DNA of 64,000 nucleotides from NCBI GenBank assembly GCA_030324005.1, contig JARDVH010000193.1, positions 89,318,018-89,382,017 of the forward strand. Direction: 5' to 3'. The notes beneath the pieces are model-generated. The model saw only the letters and a program-made list of their open reading frames with translations. It was not told the DNA's origin and made no database searches. Positions within the stretch are counted from its first letter, which is position 1, and every line of letters begins with the position of its first letter. Positions 1 to 13,300 of this stretch are shown piece after piece. Origin of the DNA: Negaprion brevirostris. Taxonomy: Eukaryota. The position numbers and the translations under genes were made by a program.

Positions 1-72
1 CCTTTCCCTGCTGATTGTAACTGTTTTAAGTTCCTTCCTCCCTTTCATTTCCTGATTCACTATTATTTCTGA

Positions 73-150
73 GACCCAAGCTGGGAATCAAAGCAAGGTC
101 CCTGGCACTATGAGGCAGCAATGCTAACCACTGTGCCACTAGGCCACCAT
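73..150 (-). mobile_element. HE1/V-SINE-type tRNA-derived SINE, 5' fragment
   Basis: Reverse complement reads ...GTGGCACAGTGGTTAGCATTGCTGCCTCATAGTGCCAGGGACC...GATTCCCAGCTTGGGTC, the same head as other copies in the window. Confidence 0.8.
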
Positions 151-256
151 CTGAAGGGACAGGAGTCTTCAAGGGACACAGATAGTTTAGGTGAGTGGGC
201 AGAAATTTGGCAGATGGAGTATGATGTGGATAAATGGGGAAATTATCCACTTGTCT

Positions 257-482
257 TCTCACTGAACCCTCACTCTTTATACAATATTCTCCTCAGAAAA
301 GTCTCTCTTTATACCTTATTGTCCTCACTGAAGTCTCGCTCTTCATTTCTCACTCTCCTCAGTGAAGTCTCACTCTTTATGTCACTCTTTTCTCACTGAA
401 GTCTGCTCTTCATTCCCCACTCTCATCACTGAAGTCTCTCTCTTCATTCCCACTCTCATCACTGAAGTCTCTCTTTAGACAC
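257..482. repeat. Minisatellite, ~32-34 bp unit, about 7 degenerate copies
   Basis: Repeated TCACTGAAGTCTC-N-CTCTTCATTCCCACTCTC(A/C) units. Confidence 0.85.
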
Positions 483-1292
483 TGCTCTCAGTGAGGATTT
501 AACCCACAATCTTCCGACAAAGATGCAAGAGAGCTATCACTGAATCAAGGCTAACTGAAACATACCTAGGGCCTGATGATGTGATTATCCATTATCACTG
601 GATAATGTTTACATATTCATCCAAAGTCAATCAAATGACAATAAGGGATGTTAACATCGAACAACCAACGGTATCCTTACTGATCTACTTCAATGATTAT
701 TCAGTGATTCATTATTTCTACACAAGTAACAAAAGATCATGGCCTGCTGAACTTTCACAATAGAATCCTGGTACAAGACAAGTTCTCGTGTTCATCTGAA
801 ATTCCTTTCTATTTTGGCAGGTTTGAGAGTTAATCAAAAATAAATTGGTTGATTCCGCCATTGAAATATCAGACAGGAAATTCCAATGAACTCTGAAATC
901 ACGTGGCTATTTCGTGGATATTGGTTGATGGTATCAAAATATTTGTTTTTAATCTATGTTTTCTATGCTTAGCCAGTGGTGGGGGCATGGGTTTGAGAGA
1001 GGGGTTCCTGAAGCAGATAACATTTCCAGAATGGAAATTGGGCAGGTTTTGGGCAGAGGTGTAGTAAGGTGAAGGAACAAAAATAAACAAGCAGTCAGAA
1101 GTGTAGGGCTGGAGCAATTTTAACATTATACTTAATGGAAAGAGAAATCTATGCTTTGATACCTTCAAACATTTAAACATGCTTTCATACTTACAGTAAC
1201 CATGGTCATGGCAAATGTATTCATTATATATTTACTAAATTAAGGTAAAAAAATGTGACTGTTTCTCTAAAGTTGATAATTTTTCTTACCAG

Positions 1293-1391
1293 CTCTCTCT
1301 ACAAAGATCAAGCAGCTTCAAACATTTTGAACGCTCAAAGCCTCCATCATCGCCATTAGTTACTGAACAAGAAGTCAATTTTAATGACAAT
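1293..1391 (+). CDS. SASH3: SASH3 (SLy1) coding exon 2
   Basis: Flanked by ...ttcttaccag and gtaagt; 99 nt, phase 0/0; translates LSLQRSSSFKHFERSKPPSSPLVTEQEVNFNDN, matching the SLy-family LSLQRSSSFK motif. Not in the ORF track. Confidence 0.93.
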
Positions 1392-2874
1392 GTAAGTGTT
1401 GAATAATTCTGTTGTAAGATCTTTCACTGAATAAGTGATGTGAATTGGACACAACGGGGGGAAGGTTCTCATTGAGCACATAGGCTGGTCTTTTAACTCA
1501 TTTTTAAAAAATTTATCTTTTTATCCTATATTTTTCATGACGCAGAAACCTTCCTAAGGGAAGAGCAGTTTCATCTTAGCTCACATAGGAACAGCGTGTA
1601 GTACTTGCAATCTCCTGCCAGTGAGCTTTTGGTAGAAACGGTGGGAGAAGATCACCTGCTTGGCATCTTGGTCATGAACAAGTACTTACGTGTGTGGTCC
1701 AGAATGTCACTTTCTCTAACCCAAAGCCTTCAGAAGGATGTGAACAAATCACTAATCCTACACGGGGGTGAGAAGAGTGGGGTAGACGTATCGTTTAAGG
1801 GGCAATTAATATGGTCCTCAATTAGTCGAGCTTGTGTGTTTGAAATTTGGGCAAGTGGAATAACAAACAAGTAAGATAAGCCACAAGTTTAAGGGAGACT
1901 ATTGAACATCTGAGAAACTTTAAGGGGTGGTATGAAGCCAGGGAGCCAAGTGGACCATGTGCTTGAAGTGGATGGCATGGCTTATTTTAATGGTTGGTCT
2001 TCATTAATGTTAGCCAGTCAGCTGCCCACCTGATACAGGCATCCAGAGAACATTTCACTGACTTTGGGCCTGCAAAGGGCAGTTAGCCCAGAGGATGCCT
2101 TTCTTAGATAATGTGGGCTTTGTGAAGAGTGGCAGGGTTGGGATGAGCTTAGGGCTGGCTACATCATTAACATTTTTCTTGATAGCTGGAGGAACATCTC
2201 TACTTTTCACAAAGGTCCCATAAAAGGTAAATTTTAAAATTCCTGACAGAATTTTCAATGACCTGAACTGCAGGGGAACAGGTCAATCAGAAAGTCAGGG
2301 TGAGGCCACCATTCTGACTCCACAACATGTTAGTGACATCAGTGATCGGTTCCCTGCCTAGAGGTACAGCTCAATTGGCAGCTCGGCCTTCAGTTTGGTT
2401 GGGGGAAATGTCTGCGCCACAACTATGGTTCAATAAGGTGTGGAGTTGATGGGAGGCTGGAGAGGAGCTTGATTGGAGTGGGTTAGGGGAGGGAATCTGG
2501 GAACCTTAGATTGAGGCACTCCGTTCCCATTAAGACGCGTCCGTCNNNNNNNNNNNNNNNNNNNNNNNNNNNNNNNNNNNNNNNNNNNNNNNNNNNNNNN
2601 NNNNNNNNNNNNNNNNNNNNNNNNNNNNNNNNNNNNNNNNNNNNNCTTATCTGACTCTCTGCTCCTTCACTCGTCTGCTCCAGCAAACAATGGAAGGCTT
2701 CACCGTGTGAGTACCTGATAATAGCAGCTGGCTTCCCTGTGGCTCAAGAATCCTGGCAATAACATTTCAAAAACTGTATGAAAATGAAATTTGTAGCCCA
2801 ATTACATTTAAAGCTGCAGCCAGCCTCCTTGGCTCCCTCACTTTCCAGCTTCAGCTAAAGATGGAAATTAAAGT

Positions 2875-3055
2875 GAAGTAAAGTTTATTTATTAGTCACA
2901 AGTAGACTTATATTAAAACTGCAACGAAGTTACTGTGAAAATCCTCTTGTTGCCCTGTTCCGGCACCTGTTCAGGTACATTGAGAGAGAATTTAGCACGG
3001 TCAATGCACCTAACCAGCATGTTTTTCAGACCGTGGGAGGAAATTGGAGACCCAA
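2875..3055 (-). mobile_element. tRNA-SINE 3' part (variant tail family)
   Basis: Reverse complement of the tail seen at 14700-14800 and 61440-61525 (...CACAGTAACTTC...CTACTTGTGACTAATAAATAAACTTT). Confidence 0.75.
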
Positions 3056-3517
3056 AGGAAATTGGTGCGTTGGAGGCTGAGAAACAAATTCTTCTAACTT
3101 TAACCCTCCACTCAAGTCAAATCTGACCATATCTTTCAGTCAAAAATTCAGCCAAGAGTGGCTGAGTTGTCTGCCAAATTCTACAGAACAGAACTTGGTG
3201 TACAAACAAAATGGTATCCTAATGATATAGTAGGAAGTTAGAATTCGTCCTCTGGACAACTGAACTATAGAAGCTAAGGGATTGAAGGTAGAATATACAA
3301 TATATAACACATTTGTGTACAATAACATAGGGATTAGGGATTTCATGACTCTATGATGAACATCAGTTCAGAAGAGATAGAAGTAGGCTATCTGGCCCAT
3401 GGATCTGCTCCCCCATTCAATAGGATCATAGTCAATTTAATAATGGCATAATTTCCCTAATAACCCTTGGCTGTCATGTCAATCAGGAATCTGTTTTTCA
3501 CATCCTTAAACACATTC

Positions 3518-4723
3518 TGTTATACTTAGAGATGAGACACCTCTTGTTTAAAGTTGATTTGAAATTCCATTCACTCACTAGGAGAATAAAACCACAAAAT
3601 TCCATGGGTTTTAAGAAGTAAAATAAACATTGCTTAAAGTTAGAAAAGCAAAACAATTAATAACTTTTATCCTAAACGCTGACATTCAGAATTAACATGA
3701 GGTAAATATGAATTAACAGGCAAACTGGTCAAATTCATCACACTGCACATTAAATGGCAGATGTGACTAAGTCCTATTGATTTCTTAGCACACCCAGATG
3801 TGAGTAACACTAAATCACAAGATCTTGTTAAAACTCAGTCTCCCACATGAAGGATTTCAAATCTTCACTTCAAAGGTCTAGCCACTGAATTCCCTCAAAA
3901 GCCACTCTGTGTTGGACTGCCTCAACTATGCTCACTATCCAATGGCTCTATCGCTTCCCAAGACTGTGTTCCATGGGATTTATAAAGCTGCACCCCACCT
4001 TCTAAAAACCCATAGAATTCCAGCCCTTTCACAGACTCAGCCCACACTGTACCTTGGTTACTCTGTACTCCAATCTCCCAGCCGCACCAAGCTACAAATG
4101 ATTCCCGGAGCTTCTCCCTAGAAACCAGCAACTTTCCTCCACCCTCTCAGTTCTCCGGAACTTTTCTTGGGCTCTGACCATACCAAAAGGTTCCAAGGGC
4201 AACTGCACTAAACAGCTCCAGAGCTTCTTCAGACACTAACTGCCTGGGAGTCTGCTAACAGCAGAACTTTAAGTATAGCCTCATCCCCTACACAGAACAC
4301 TGATCAATTGAAACCAGAGAACTAGGTGGCACGGTGGCACAGTGGTTAGCACTGCTGGCTCACAGTATTGTGGTTGATGTAGACCTGATGGGCCGAATGA
4401 CCTCCTTCTGCACTGTAGGATTCTATGATTCTATGGACCTTCTTTAGCTTCACACATTTCCATGATGATATAGCCTTTCAGAGTTCACAGAATGAATTAT
4501 TTCATCCCTAACTCCCAAAACAAAACATCCATCTGGAATGCACATCTTTGCATATAGAGTAGACATTAATTCTCCAGCTAAGTAAAGCCACTTGCTGTTT
4601 TATGATTTCATCTGTTCTGACTCTATAAAACAAACCTGGATAACTTTATAAATTGTTACTTCTTTAGGTTTAGGTTTGGCAATCTCCAAAGCTTAGCATT
4701 TTATTTACCACACCTTCATGACA
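3518..4723. mobile_element. Candidate solo LTR with nested SINE
   Basis: Termini TGTTAT...ATGACA (imperfect inverted repeat, TG..CA); flanks ACATTC / ACAATC resemble a 6-bp TSD with one mismatch; no coding remnant seen. Confidence 0.4.
4326..4434 (+). mobile_element. Internally deleted HE1-type SINE
   Basis: tRNA-like head GGTGGCACGGTGGCACAGTGGTTAGCAC joined directly to the LINE-derived tail ...CTGCACTGTAGGATTCTATGATTCTATG. Confidence 0.8.
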
Positions 4724-5654
4724 ACAATCTTCCCAGAACCAGCAACAAAATATAAATATGAACTATGAACTAAATATTCACAACAGTTCAATGATCCAGC
4801 CTCCACTGCTCAGTGTGGGAGAATTCCAAAGGCTGACAACTCTGAGACAAGAAATTCCTCCTCCTCTCTGTTTTAAATGGAGATCCTTTACTTTTAAACT
4901 GTTCTCAATTCCCTCAGCTGAAGAAACTTGAGCCCAGTATCTACTCAATCAAATACCCTCAGAACCTAATATCAGTTGAATAGCAATATACTGGTTGATT
5001 GCACTGTTTTGATAGTTATGAAAATATTAGGAAAATGTTACAAGTGCATTACTATGATATTACATATGTTAGAATACTAAATATGGGGGTTACCAAGGGA
5101 AATATTGTGGATGTAAATTATATTGTGCCATTTGTCATGCACAAGTTAAAACATTTACATTAAATACCTTTGTCTACCCTCAAAAACAAAATGACCTATT
5201 TAAAAATGAAGAGGTTAATGCCTTGGCAGAAATATAGACAAAATAACTTCTTACAACAGCAGTAATATATGGAGACCTTGTAGTGAGGTGGATGGTGTAC
5301 ATGCCTCTGAGCCAGAAGGCCTAGGTTTGAATCCCACTCCAAGACTTACAAAGAACAAAGATCAAAGAACAACCCAGAACGGGAAACAGGCCCTTCGGCC
5401 CAACGAGCCCGCGCCGCCATCACCCTACACCTATTCTACCCTGCGTGTCTACGAANNNNNNNNNNNNNNNNNNNNNNNNNNNNNNNNNNNNNNNNNNNNN
5501 NNNNNNNNNNNNNNNNNNNNNNNNNNNNNNNNNNNNNNNNNNNNNNNNNNNNNNNGAATAAAAAGACAAAAACGTTAACTTACAAGTCTATAATTCCGGT
5601 GTCTCCCGAGGTTCTGACCTTATTTAATAGCCTTGGAAAGTGAATTCATAATTG

Positions 5655-5776
5655 ATGGCATTTTCCGGCCACACTCGCTCCAAGACCAAAAAATCCTGCC
5701 CGAGGTCAATGGATCTTTGGGTCTGTGTCCCACCCATTACAATTCCCATAGCAAGCAGGACAGGAAAATTCCACCC
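5655..5776. mobile_element. MITE (non-autonomous DNA transposon)
   Basis: Imperfect terminal inverted repeats (..ATTTTCC / GGAAAATT..) and internal GAGGTCAATGGA shared with the copy at 18950-19078. Confidence 0.6.
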
Positions 5777-6898
5777 AATGTGTTGAAACAGGTTGAAAAT
5801 CAGCCTGTGAAACCTCACTGTGCCTCTGGTACACAGTGAGAATGGGAGAGTCTCCTGGTCAGCCATGCTTGATGTGGAGTAGTGCCCCTCAAACTATAAT
5901 GACAAACTAGTGGAAAACCAGGAAAAACTAGCCATGGAAACTGACGCACACATATAAACTAAGCATGTGTTGTGGAGTAAATTGAGATGAGTGGTACTGT
6001 CTTCACTTTAGACAGTTCAAAACTCGTGAGGTAAATATCTCTGTATAAGGATGTAACATTTATTCAAAGACAAACAAGCAGCTGCAAAGGGATCACCAAA
6101 AGAGTTAAGTAGCTCAGAGATAGAGTAACAGAACCTCTCCAATGAATCTGACATATATAATCAAAAATAGATCAATTATAGCTTTTCTTGTCAATCATTC
6201 CTGCCCTATATTAGCTTAAAATCAATTAAATTTTTCTATACACATACATCAATAATAATTGCATTTCACTATCCAGCATAATGATATATAATTCATCCAT
6301 TAAATCTGGATGCTAACTCCCATCTTGGCTAAAGTCACTTCTCTGTTGCCTGGATACCTGAGACGCTCACTACAGAGATCAAAGTGAATGTTTCCACCAG
6401 ATCATTGCCAAACATGTTCCCGCATCCAGTCATGTCTTTATCCTAAGTCTAGACAATGAATACTCCTATTCATAAATGTTGCAATGTGTTTCCGCATAAG
6501 AAACTTTCTGATATGAATTTTGCTAACTACCGCGTCTCAGGCCTTTGGTTCTAAACTATTCATCTTTATCATCAGGCCTTGCTTTCTGCTGAAGTGAACA
6601 ATGATTCATACAATATTTAAAATATATTAAAATATCAGCAAATAGGTTTTAAAATCATAATTACTTGTTTTATCCTCTTACTGCATTCACGTGTATGTAA
6701 ACTGTTCTCTCATTAGCTTATTAACTTATTTCAAGAATTATTCAGTACTTCACTGGTAGTCCTGTGTGTACTTTAATGTATACTGTCTAAAAAACCTTAT
6801 TAATTGGTTAGAAATCTGCCACATCAGTATGGGAAAGAAATTTTTAAAACATGATATATTAATTCATAATATATCAGTACCTGTTCACCAGACATTGA

Positions 6899-7111
<213 letters not shown>

Positions 7112-7359
7112 TGATCACTTTCAACAAAAATTTACAATACAGCAGGAGGCCCATCACATCCATGACATCAAAACACAACCAAACTCATCCCAGAAATGAA
7201 GCAGGAACTCTCACATTTCAATTCAGTTCAACTCCCTTAGGGAGAAACATATGTTAAGACCCATACAACGCTGTAAAGATTTCCATTAAAATGGAGGAAA
7301 TTGCAAAATGTTCTGGGTAGGAAAGAATTCATGGCATGGTTTGTTTTGTATAAAAACAA

Positions 7360-7855
7360 TGGGGGTGATTTTCCGCCTGCGTTCACTGTCAGAGAGTACA
7401 GTGACGCGGATGAAAAATCTGCAGAGAATAGGGAAAAGCAATTCCTTCTGGAGAGATCGCATTTCCCCATTTTCCCCACTCATCACTGGCAACATTACGA
7501 AGTCCACGCTTACAAAGGGTGGGAGCCTCATTTATAAGGATGTTATGAACTGAAATATTAACGGCACCTCTACCACATGATCCCCCTCATTAAATGTTCA
7601 TACCTCACCGGCATGAAGGTTTACAACAGGTTTGGTCAAACAAGAAACAGTTAAGAGAATCCCTCTGGGGTCACAGACATAAGTTTAGCCCCCTGGGAGG
7701 GGTGGGGTGCAGGGGGGAGGCACATGAATGGGCAATGGCAGTGCCCCCTGCATAGGTTGGCACTGTCAAATTGGCACTGTGCCAGGGAGCACAGGGGTGG
7801 GCCTTAGTGTGAGCCCTATGGGGAGGTTCATTTCTGTGTGTTGGAGTGGCACGGG
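7360..7855. mobile_element. GC-rich non-autonomous DNA-transposon-like repeat (runs into N-gap)
   Basis: Begins GGGGGTGATTTTCC, similar to the start and internal layout of the element at 9381-10115; abrupt GC increase. Confidence 0.45.
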
Positions 7856-8754
7856 NNNNNNNNNNNNNNNNNNNNNNNNNNNNNNNNNNNNNNNNNNNNN
7901 NNNNNNNNNNNNNNNNNNNNNNNNNNNNNNNNNNNNNNNNNNNNNNNNNNNNNNNNNNNNNNNNNNNNNNNNNNNNNNNNNNNNNNNNNNNNNNNNNNNN
8001 NNNNNNNNNNNNNNNNNNNNNNNNNNNNNNNNNNNNNNNNNNNNNNNNNNNNNNNNNNNNNNNNNNNNNNNNNNNNNNNNNNNNNNNNNNNNNNNNNNNN
8101 NNNNNNNNNNNNNNNNNNNNNNNNNNNNNNNNNNNNNNNNNNNNNNNNNNNNNNNNNNNNNNNNNNNNNNNNNNNNNNNNNNNNNNNNNNNNNNNNNNNN
8201 NNNNNNNNNNNNNNNNNNNNNNNNNNNNNNNNNNNNNNNNNNNNNNNNNNNNNNNNNNNNNNNNNNNNNNNNNNNNNNNNNNNNNNNNNNNNNNNNNNNN
8301 NNNNNNNNNNNNNNNNNNNNNNNNNNNNNNNNNNNNNNNNNNNNNNNNNNNNNNNNNNNNNNNNNNNNNNNNNNNNNNNNNNNNNNNNNNNNNNNNNNNN
8401 NNNNNNNNNNNNNNNNNNNNNNNNNNNNNNNNNNNNNNNNNNNNNNNNNNNNNNNNNNNNNNNNNNNNNNNNNNNNNNNNNNNNNACAAGCAGATCAGCT
8501 GATCTTCTGGAATGGCAAAGCAGGCTCATGGAGCTGCATAGTCTTCTGCTGCTTCCTGCTGGTATGTATGTTCCAATGGATGTATTTTTTGTGACAACAT
8601 AACGATTCTGGTGATTTTCAAGGATCAATTCTGATACACGCTCCTTAAAATCAGGCCAATGGCTGGTCCATGTTCTCATGGTGCATTTGGTTTTCAGTTT
8701 CAAGTTATGCGCTGTAATCTACGACACCTGATCCATGGCCCATGATTAGGTTTA

Positions 8755-9225
8755 AGTTGATTTGATTTATTATTGTCACATGTATTGGTACGCAGTGAAA
8801 AGTATTATTTTTTGTGCGCTATACAGACAAAACAAACCATCCAAAGAGTACATAGGGGGAAGGAAAGGAGAAGATACAACATATAGTGTTACAGTCATAG
8901 CTGGGGTGTAGAGAAAGATCAGCTTAACATATGGCAGATCCATTCAAATGTCTGCTGCCAGAAGGGAAGAAACTGTTCTTGAATCGGTTGGTACGGGATT
9001 TCAGAGTTTTGTATCTTTTTCCCAACGTGAGAAGGTGGAAGATGTCCAGGGTGCATGGGGTCCTTAATTATGTTGGCTGCTTTTGCAAGACAGTGGGAAG
9101 TGTAGACAGAGGCAATTGATGGGAGGCTGGTTTGCATGATGGATTGGGCTACATTTTCAATCTTGAGGTCTTGGTCAGAGCAGGAGCCATATCAAGCTGT
9201 TATATATATGGAAAGGATGCAACCT
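8755..9225 (-). mobile_element. Rex/Babar- or L2-like LINE 3' fragment
   Basis: Minus-strand translation LPSIASVYTSHCLAKAANIIKDPMHPGH; ends in AATAAATCAAATCAA tail shared with 38040-38210. Confidence 0.65.
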
Positions 9226-9380
9226 GATATAAAATCTGATATAATCTGACCAGGTACATTCAAAAGATGCATCTTACTTAGAATTGACTAAATTCAACAC
9301 TGACGCACAATATTATCATTGATCCACTTCTAAAGCTCCCCAAGAACAACACATTAAACCAATTACCCATTTGGACTTGT

Positions 9381-10115
9381 TGGGGGTGATTCTCCCATCT
9401 CGATGCGCACGTTTTTGGCACATCAGGATGGGAGAATCACATATTGGTCATTTTGCAGGATTCACGCATGCATTCCCGATGCATGCATGTGTGTCTCCCA
9501 GAGCCCGAAAAGAGGCTCAGTTGGGACTGCTCTAGAAATTGGCAGGAAAAGAGATAAGTAAAATACACTTTAAAAAAGATTTAAATTAAGTGTGATTATT
9601 AGGCCTGGCCCAGAATTCGCCAGGCCCAATAACATCTCCCACCCCACCAGGAGTATTTCACTCTGATGGGGTTTAGATTAGATCCCCATGTTCAGTGGAC
9701 TAGTGGGAGAGCCCGCTGGAGTGAAGGCGGGTTCAAACAGCACCCCCTGGGGGAACTGCCCATCAGGCATCAAGCAGTGCCAAGGGGGGTGTGCAAGCCT
9801 GCTTTGGGAGGGGCCTAGGGACAGTGGGGGTGGGAGGGTCCCATTGCCATTCTGCAGACAGTATCAGTTGGGAATAGAGCAAGGCCAGCGCTCGGGACGT
9901 TCCTGGATGGGGAGCTGGTCGGGGTTGCCTCGGTCATGCTTGTGGGGGCTGTGATTAGGCCATCGAAGGAATGGGGTTGGAGGGGCAGCACTGCAAGAGT
10001 TCTGGGTTGGCTATCGATCGAGCTGGCCAGCAAACGGGAAGCTGATAGATCAGGACCACTGTGTACGCACAGAGTTCCGGAGCTGTCAGCCTCTGCCATG
10101 AATAGGGGGGGGGGG
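9381..10115. mobile_element. GC-rich non-autonomous DNA-transposon-like repeat
   Basis: Starts GGGGGTGATTCTCCCATC with an internal inverted GATGGGAGAATCAC; related to 7360-7855; ends at a G-run and N-gap. Confidence 0.45.
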
Positions 10116-10651
10116 NNNNNNNNNNNNNNNNNNNNNNNNNNNNNNNNNNNNNNNNNNNNNNNNNNNNNNNNNNNNNNNNNNNNNNNNNNNNNNNNNNNNN
10201 NNNNNNNNNNNNNNNNNNNNNNNNNNNNNNNNNNNNNNNNNNNNNNNNNNNNNNNNNNNNNNNNNNNNNNNNNNNNNNNNNNNNNNNNNNNNNNNNNNNN
10301 NNNNNNNNNNNNNNNNNNNNNNNNNNNNNNNNNNNNNNNNNNNNNNNNNNNNNNNNNNNNNNNNNNNNNNNNNNNNNNTTTCAAATAAAGTTTGATAGAA
10401 ATGAGGGTATAGATTCAAGCATTTAAAGGAATGCTCAAGTTCTTCGTTCAAAGAGTATCCAACAATTGTTGTGGAGCTCAGGATAGCGTAGAGGCAAAAC
10501 CATTAAAATAAATTAAATGACAGTAACCCGGGGGGACCAATGGGCGAAGGGACTGCATAACTGACCATGAAGGAATACAGATCAGAGCACCTTTCAAAAG
10601 ATGATCAAATGTGCTTCGTACATCAACCAGTTTCCATATTTCCTCCCTCAG

Positions 10652-10793
10652 CTTGAAAGTGGCGAAGAGAGCCCCATGTCTCCAATGACACCTGATGACC
10701 TTATGTACTTGCGACTAGGAGATAGTGCCTCATACTCGCCCAGTGAATCGGAAGAGAATCTCAACAGTCCAGTCAGCAGACAGGCTTCAAGCA
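10652..10793 (+). CDS. SASH3: SASH3 coding exon 4
   Basis: ttcctccctcag acceptor, gtgagt donor; 142 nt, phase 0/1; LESGEESPMSPMTPDD...SPVSRQASS (SRQAS motif); frame continuous with flanking exons. Confidence 0.88.
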
Positions 10794-10941
10794 GTGAGTA
10801 ACAACAGTAAAACAGTAGACAACAAACTGAAGCACACAAATGCAAAAAAAAATCTGAATGTTCCTTCTAAATCATTTTGGATTGTTGTTTAGAAATCAGT
10901 GTCTTTCTGAAAATCCCCTTAACTAACTCAGCTGAAATTGA

Positions 10942-11253
10942 GGCAGCACAGTGGCACCATGGTTAACATGTTGCCTCATAGCACCAGGGACCCAGGTTCA
11001 ATAACGCCTCGGATCACTGTCTGTGTGGAGTTTGCACATTTTCCCCAGTCCTGTGTGGGTTTCTTTCTTGGGTTCCAGTTTTCTCCCACAGTCCAAAGAT
11101 GTGCGGATTAGGTGGATTGGCCGTGGTAAATTGCTTCTTAGTGTCAGGGGGATTAGCTGGATAAATACATGGGACCACAGGGATAGGGCCTGGGTGCAAT
11201 TGGTGTCAGTTTGATGTGCTGATTGGCCTCGTTCTGCACTGTGGGGATTCTCT
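10942..11253 (+). mobile_element. Full-length HE1/V-SINE-type SINE
   Basis: A-box/B-box tRNA head (GTGGCACCATGGTT...GGTTCAATA), central TGGAGTTTGCACATTTTCCCC...GGGTTTC domain, LINE-like tail. Confidence 0.88.
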
Positions 11254-11453
11254 GAAAAACAATTATTGTTGTAGTTTAGACTTTAGAAATTTTTCATCTT
11301 CATTTTATCTGATGCTACATTTTAAAGTGGAAAAAGTAAATGTTTATCATTCGTGATTAATGTTCAGAATCAAATTAAGATTGCAATCCCCATTTTAATT
11401 CATCTTGACCATTTCTTTAAAGAATTAACATCCATTTGAGATTGAGAGATTAT

Positions 11454-11580
11454 GGTCCAGAATTTTACTGCCTCACCTGCCCGACGCTGGTAAAATCCCA
11501 TCTGAAGCCAAAGGAGAATGCTGTTCTGTGACCCTCGTCCACCCCAATTCAAGGGCGGGCGAGGCGGTAAAACTCCGGCC
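11454..11580. mobile_element. MITE with ~29-bp imperfect TIRs
   Basis: GGTCCAGAATTTTACTGCCTCACCTGCCC versus reverse complement of the right end GGCCGGAGTTTTACCGCCTCGCCCGCCC. Confidence 0.7.
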
Positions 11581-12916
11581 ATGCTCTCTGTTCTAATCAG
11601 TATATCCTGCAACATGTGATAAATTTCTTTGAGATTCAATACCATTTAAGTCAGGCAAATGGTCTCAGCAAGATGTGTTCATCATATTATCCCAAAACAT
11701 ATACACAAAAGAGGCGTTCTCGTCGACTGGACAGACCCAATCCCATTAAATTTAAAAAGAGCAATTTTGGAAATTATAAATTGATAGAGTTGAAGTTTTG
11801 TATTGATAACCAGTTGCGCTTTGATTTTTTTAGCCTATGATTGTGATCCATTAGGTGATTTTTAGCAGTTTCAGGTCTTGCCTTAGAAACACTCTCAGGT
11901 ACAGCAGTTACAAAATAAAACACCTGTAAATAATCTGGACATTTTAATTTCAATACATGCCAGTAGTGCCCAATATTTAAAGATATGACACCATAGGGTA
12001 TGAATAAACTCAAAATTTTTGAACTGGGTTTGATATTCACATCCCCTATGTTTGTTGCACATGAATAAGAAGTGAAGCAATAGACCAGGGCGGTGGTAAA
12101 CATGTTGGCACCTTGTGTTTTGGAGGTGCTGCTTTATCATTGGGTTTTTGTTCACAACAATACAAAATGACACACACAATCTTTAAGAGTTGTTTGCAAG
12201 AGATAGGTCCTATAAAGGTTATGAGTTTTCCTGACCAATTTGTTGAGCTAGTTGCAATCAAAAGGATTGATGAGAGTTGTGTGATGTATGGAGATAATGT
12301 ACGGAGATAATGTATGTTTGGGTTTGGGGTGTGTACTACCCCTTTAAGAGTGCAGGTCAGCTGACACAAGAGGAATTTGCTCCTCCCAGTGTGGGACTGA
12401 GTAAGGCTAGTCTAGGCCTTGACTGTGAGATAGTGCACATTTATAATGAAGTGTTCAAGGAGTTTATCTTGTGTCTTCAGACATTGAGAACATTACATGC
12501 AGAATAGGGAGGTCTCTATTCAAGGAAAATAAATCCTGAAGTTGCTCTCAGTTTTGGACAGGTAATGATAGCATACGTTGGCAGTTCACCATCGAAATCC
12601 AAGCCAATATGTTATGTGATCATTTTCTTATCCTCAAAAGACCAACAACATCATAGTTTGATATTTGATTTCTCACACCATACGACTTGTTGGTCTCAAG
12701 TCGCACACAAAGGATCCAGTATGGGTAGGTTTGTGCTGCAGGCAGCCATCAACATTCATGTCCATTTCCTCAAAAATATTCAATTGGAAAACTCGTCGCA
12801 TGCATTTGCAGACTTTCACAAAGCAATAGAGTGAATTGGTGCATAATATGACACAATTCCTTTATCTTTGAATTGCACTATCCTGACACATAATTAAAAT
12901 TAATCTTCTTAAACAG

Positions 12917-13074
12917 GTGGAGACCCTTGCACCCCAGATTCCGAACTCAGCAATAGAGACAGCATTCAACTGGACAACCTTCCACCTCCTTACCTTGGAC
13001 CATTCTGCGGCCGGGCCAGGGTTCACACAGATTTCACCCCAAGTCCATATGATGTGGAGTCTTTAAAACTCAAG
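12917..13074 (+). CDS. SASH3: SASH3 coding exon 5 (start of SH3 domain)
   Basis: cttaaacag acceptor, gtatga donor; 158 nt, phase 1/0; ...[31 protein letters not shown] is the SASH-family SH3 start. Confidence 0.96.
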
Positions 13075-13300
13075 GTATGACAGCGAGTGATCAGCTGCTC
13101 CCTGTAGTTCAGGCTTCAGGAACAAAATCCTTATTGATATATTCTCCTGCATTATGATCTCAATGCCTATGAACAATGTAGATAGTTTTATCCATGCACA
13201 GTTGAGTAGCCTTGGTGGTATGGAATCAATGTCTTACTTCATATTATTTAAACAAATATAGAGAGGGTGCCAAAATGATTTTAAAATGTTCCATTTTGGA

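Noticed and set aside
257-482. Regularly spaced repeats resembling a CRISPR array
   Set aside because: Vertebrate DNA, the 'spacers' are themselves similar, and there are no cas genes; it is a minisatellite.
875-1010. NF-kB/ETS-like motifs in SASH3 intron 1
   Set aside because: Short motifs expected by chance; no independent support in the sequence.
7671-8703. Long ORFs of 218-291 aa in the ORF track
   Set aside because: They are open only because they cross an N-gap; the same applies at 9815-10451, 22968-23843 and 33651-34265.
10942-11020. tRNA-like A/B boxes as a tRNA gene
   Set aside because: They continue into the SINE body and tail and recur in many copies; no complete cloverleaf.
12278-12653. 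Possible second solo LTR with a 13-bp tandem duplication and AATAAA
   Set aside because: Termini and TSD are ambiguous; cannot be supported without copy-number data.
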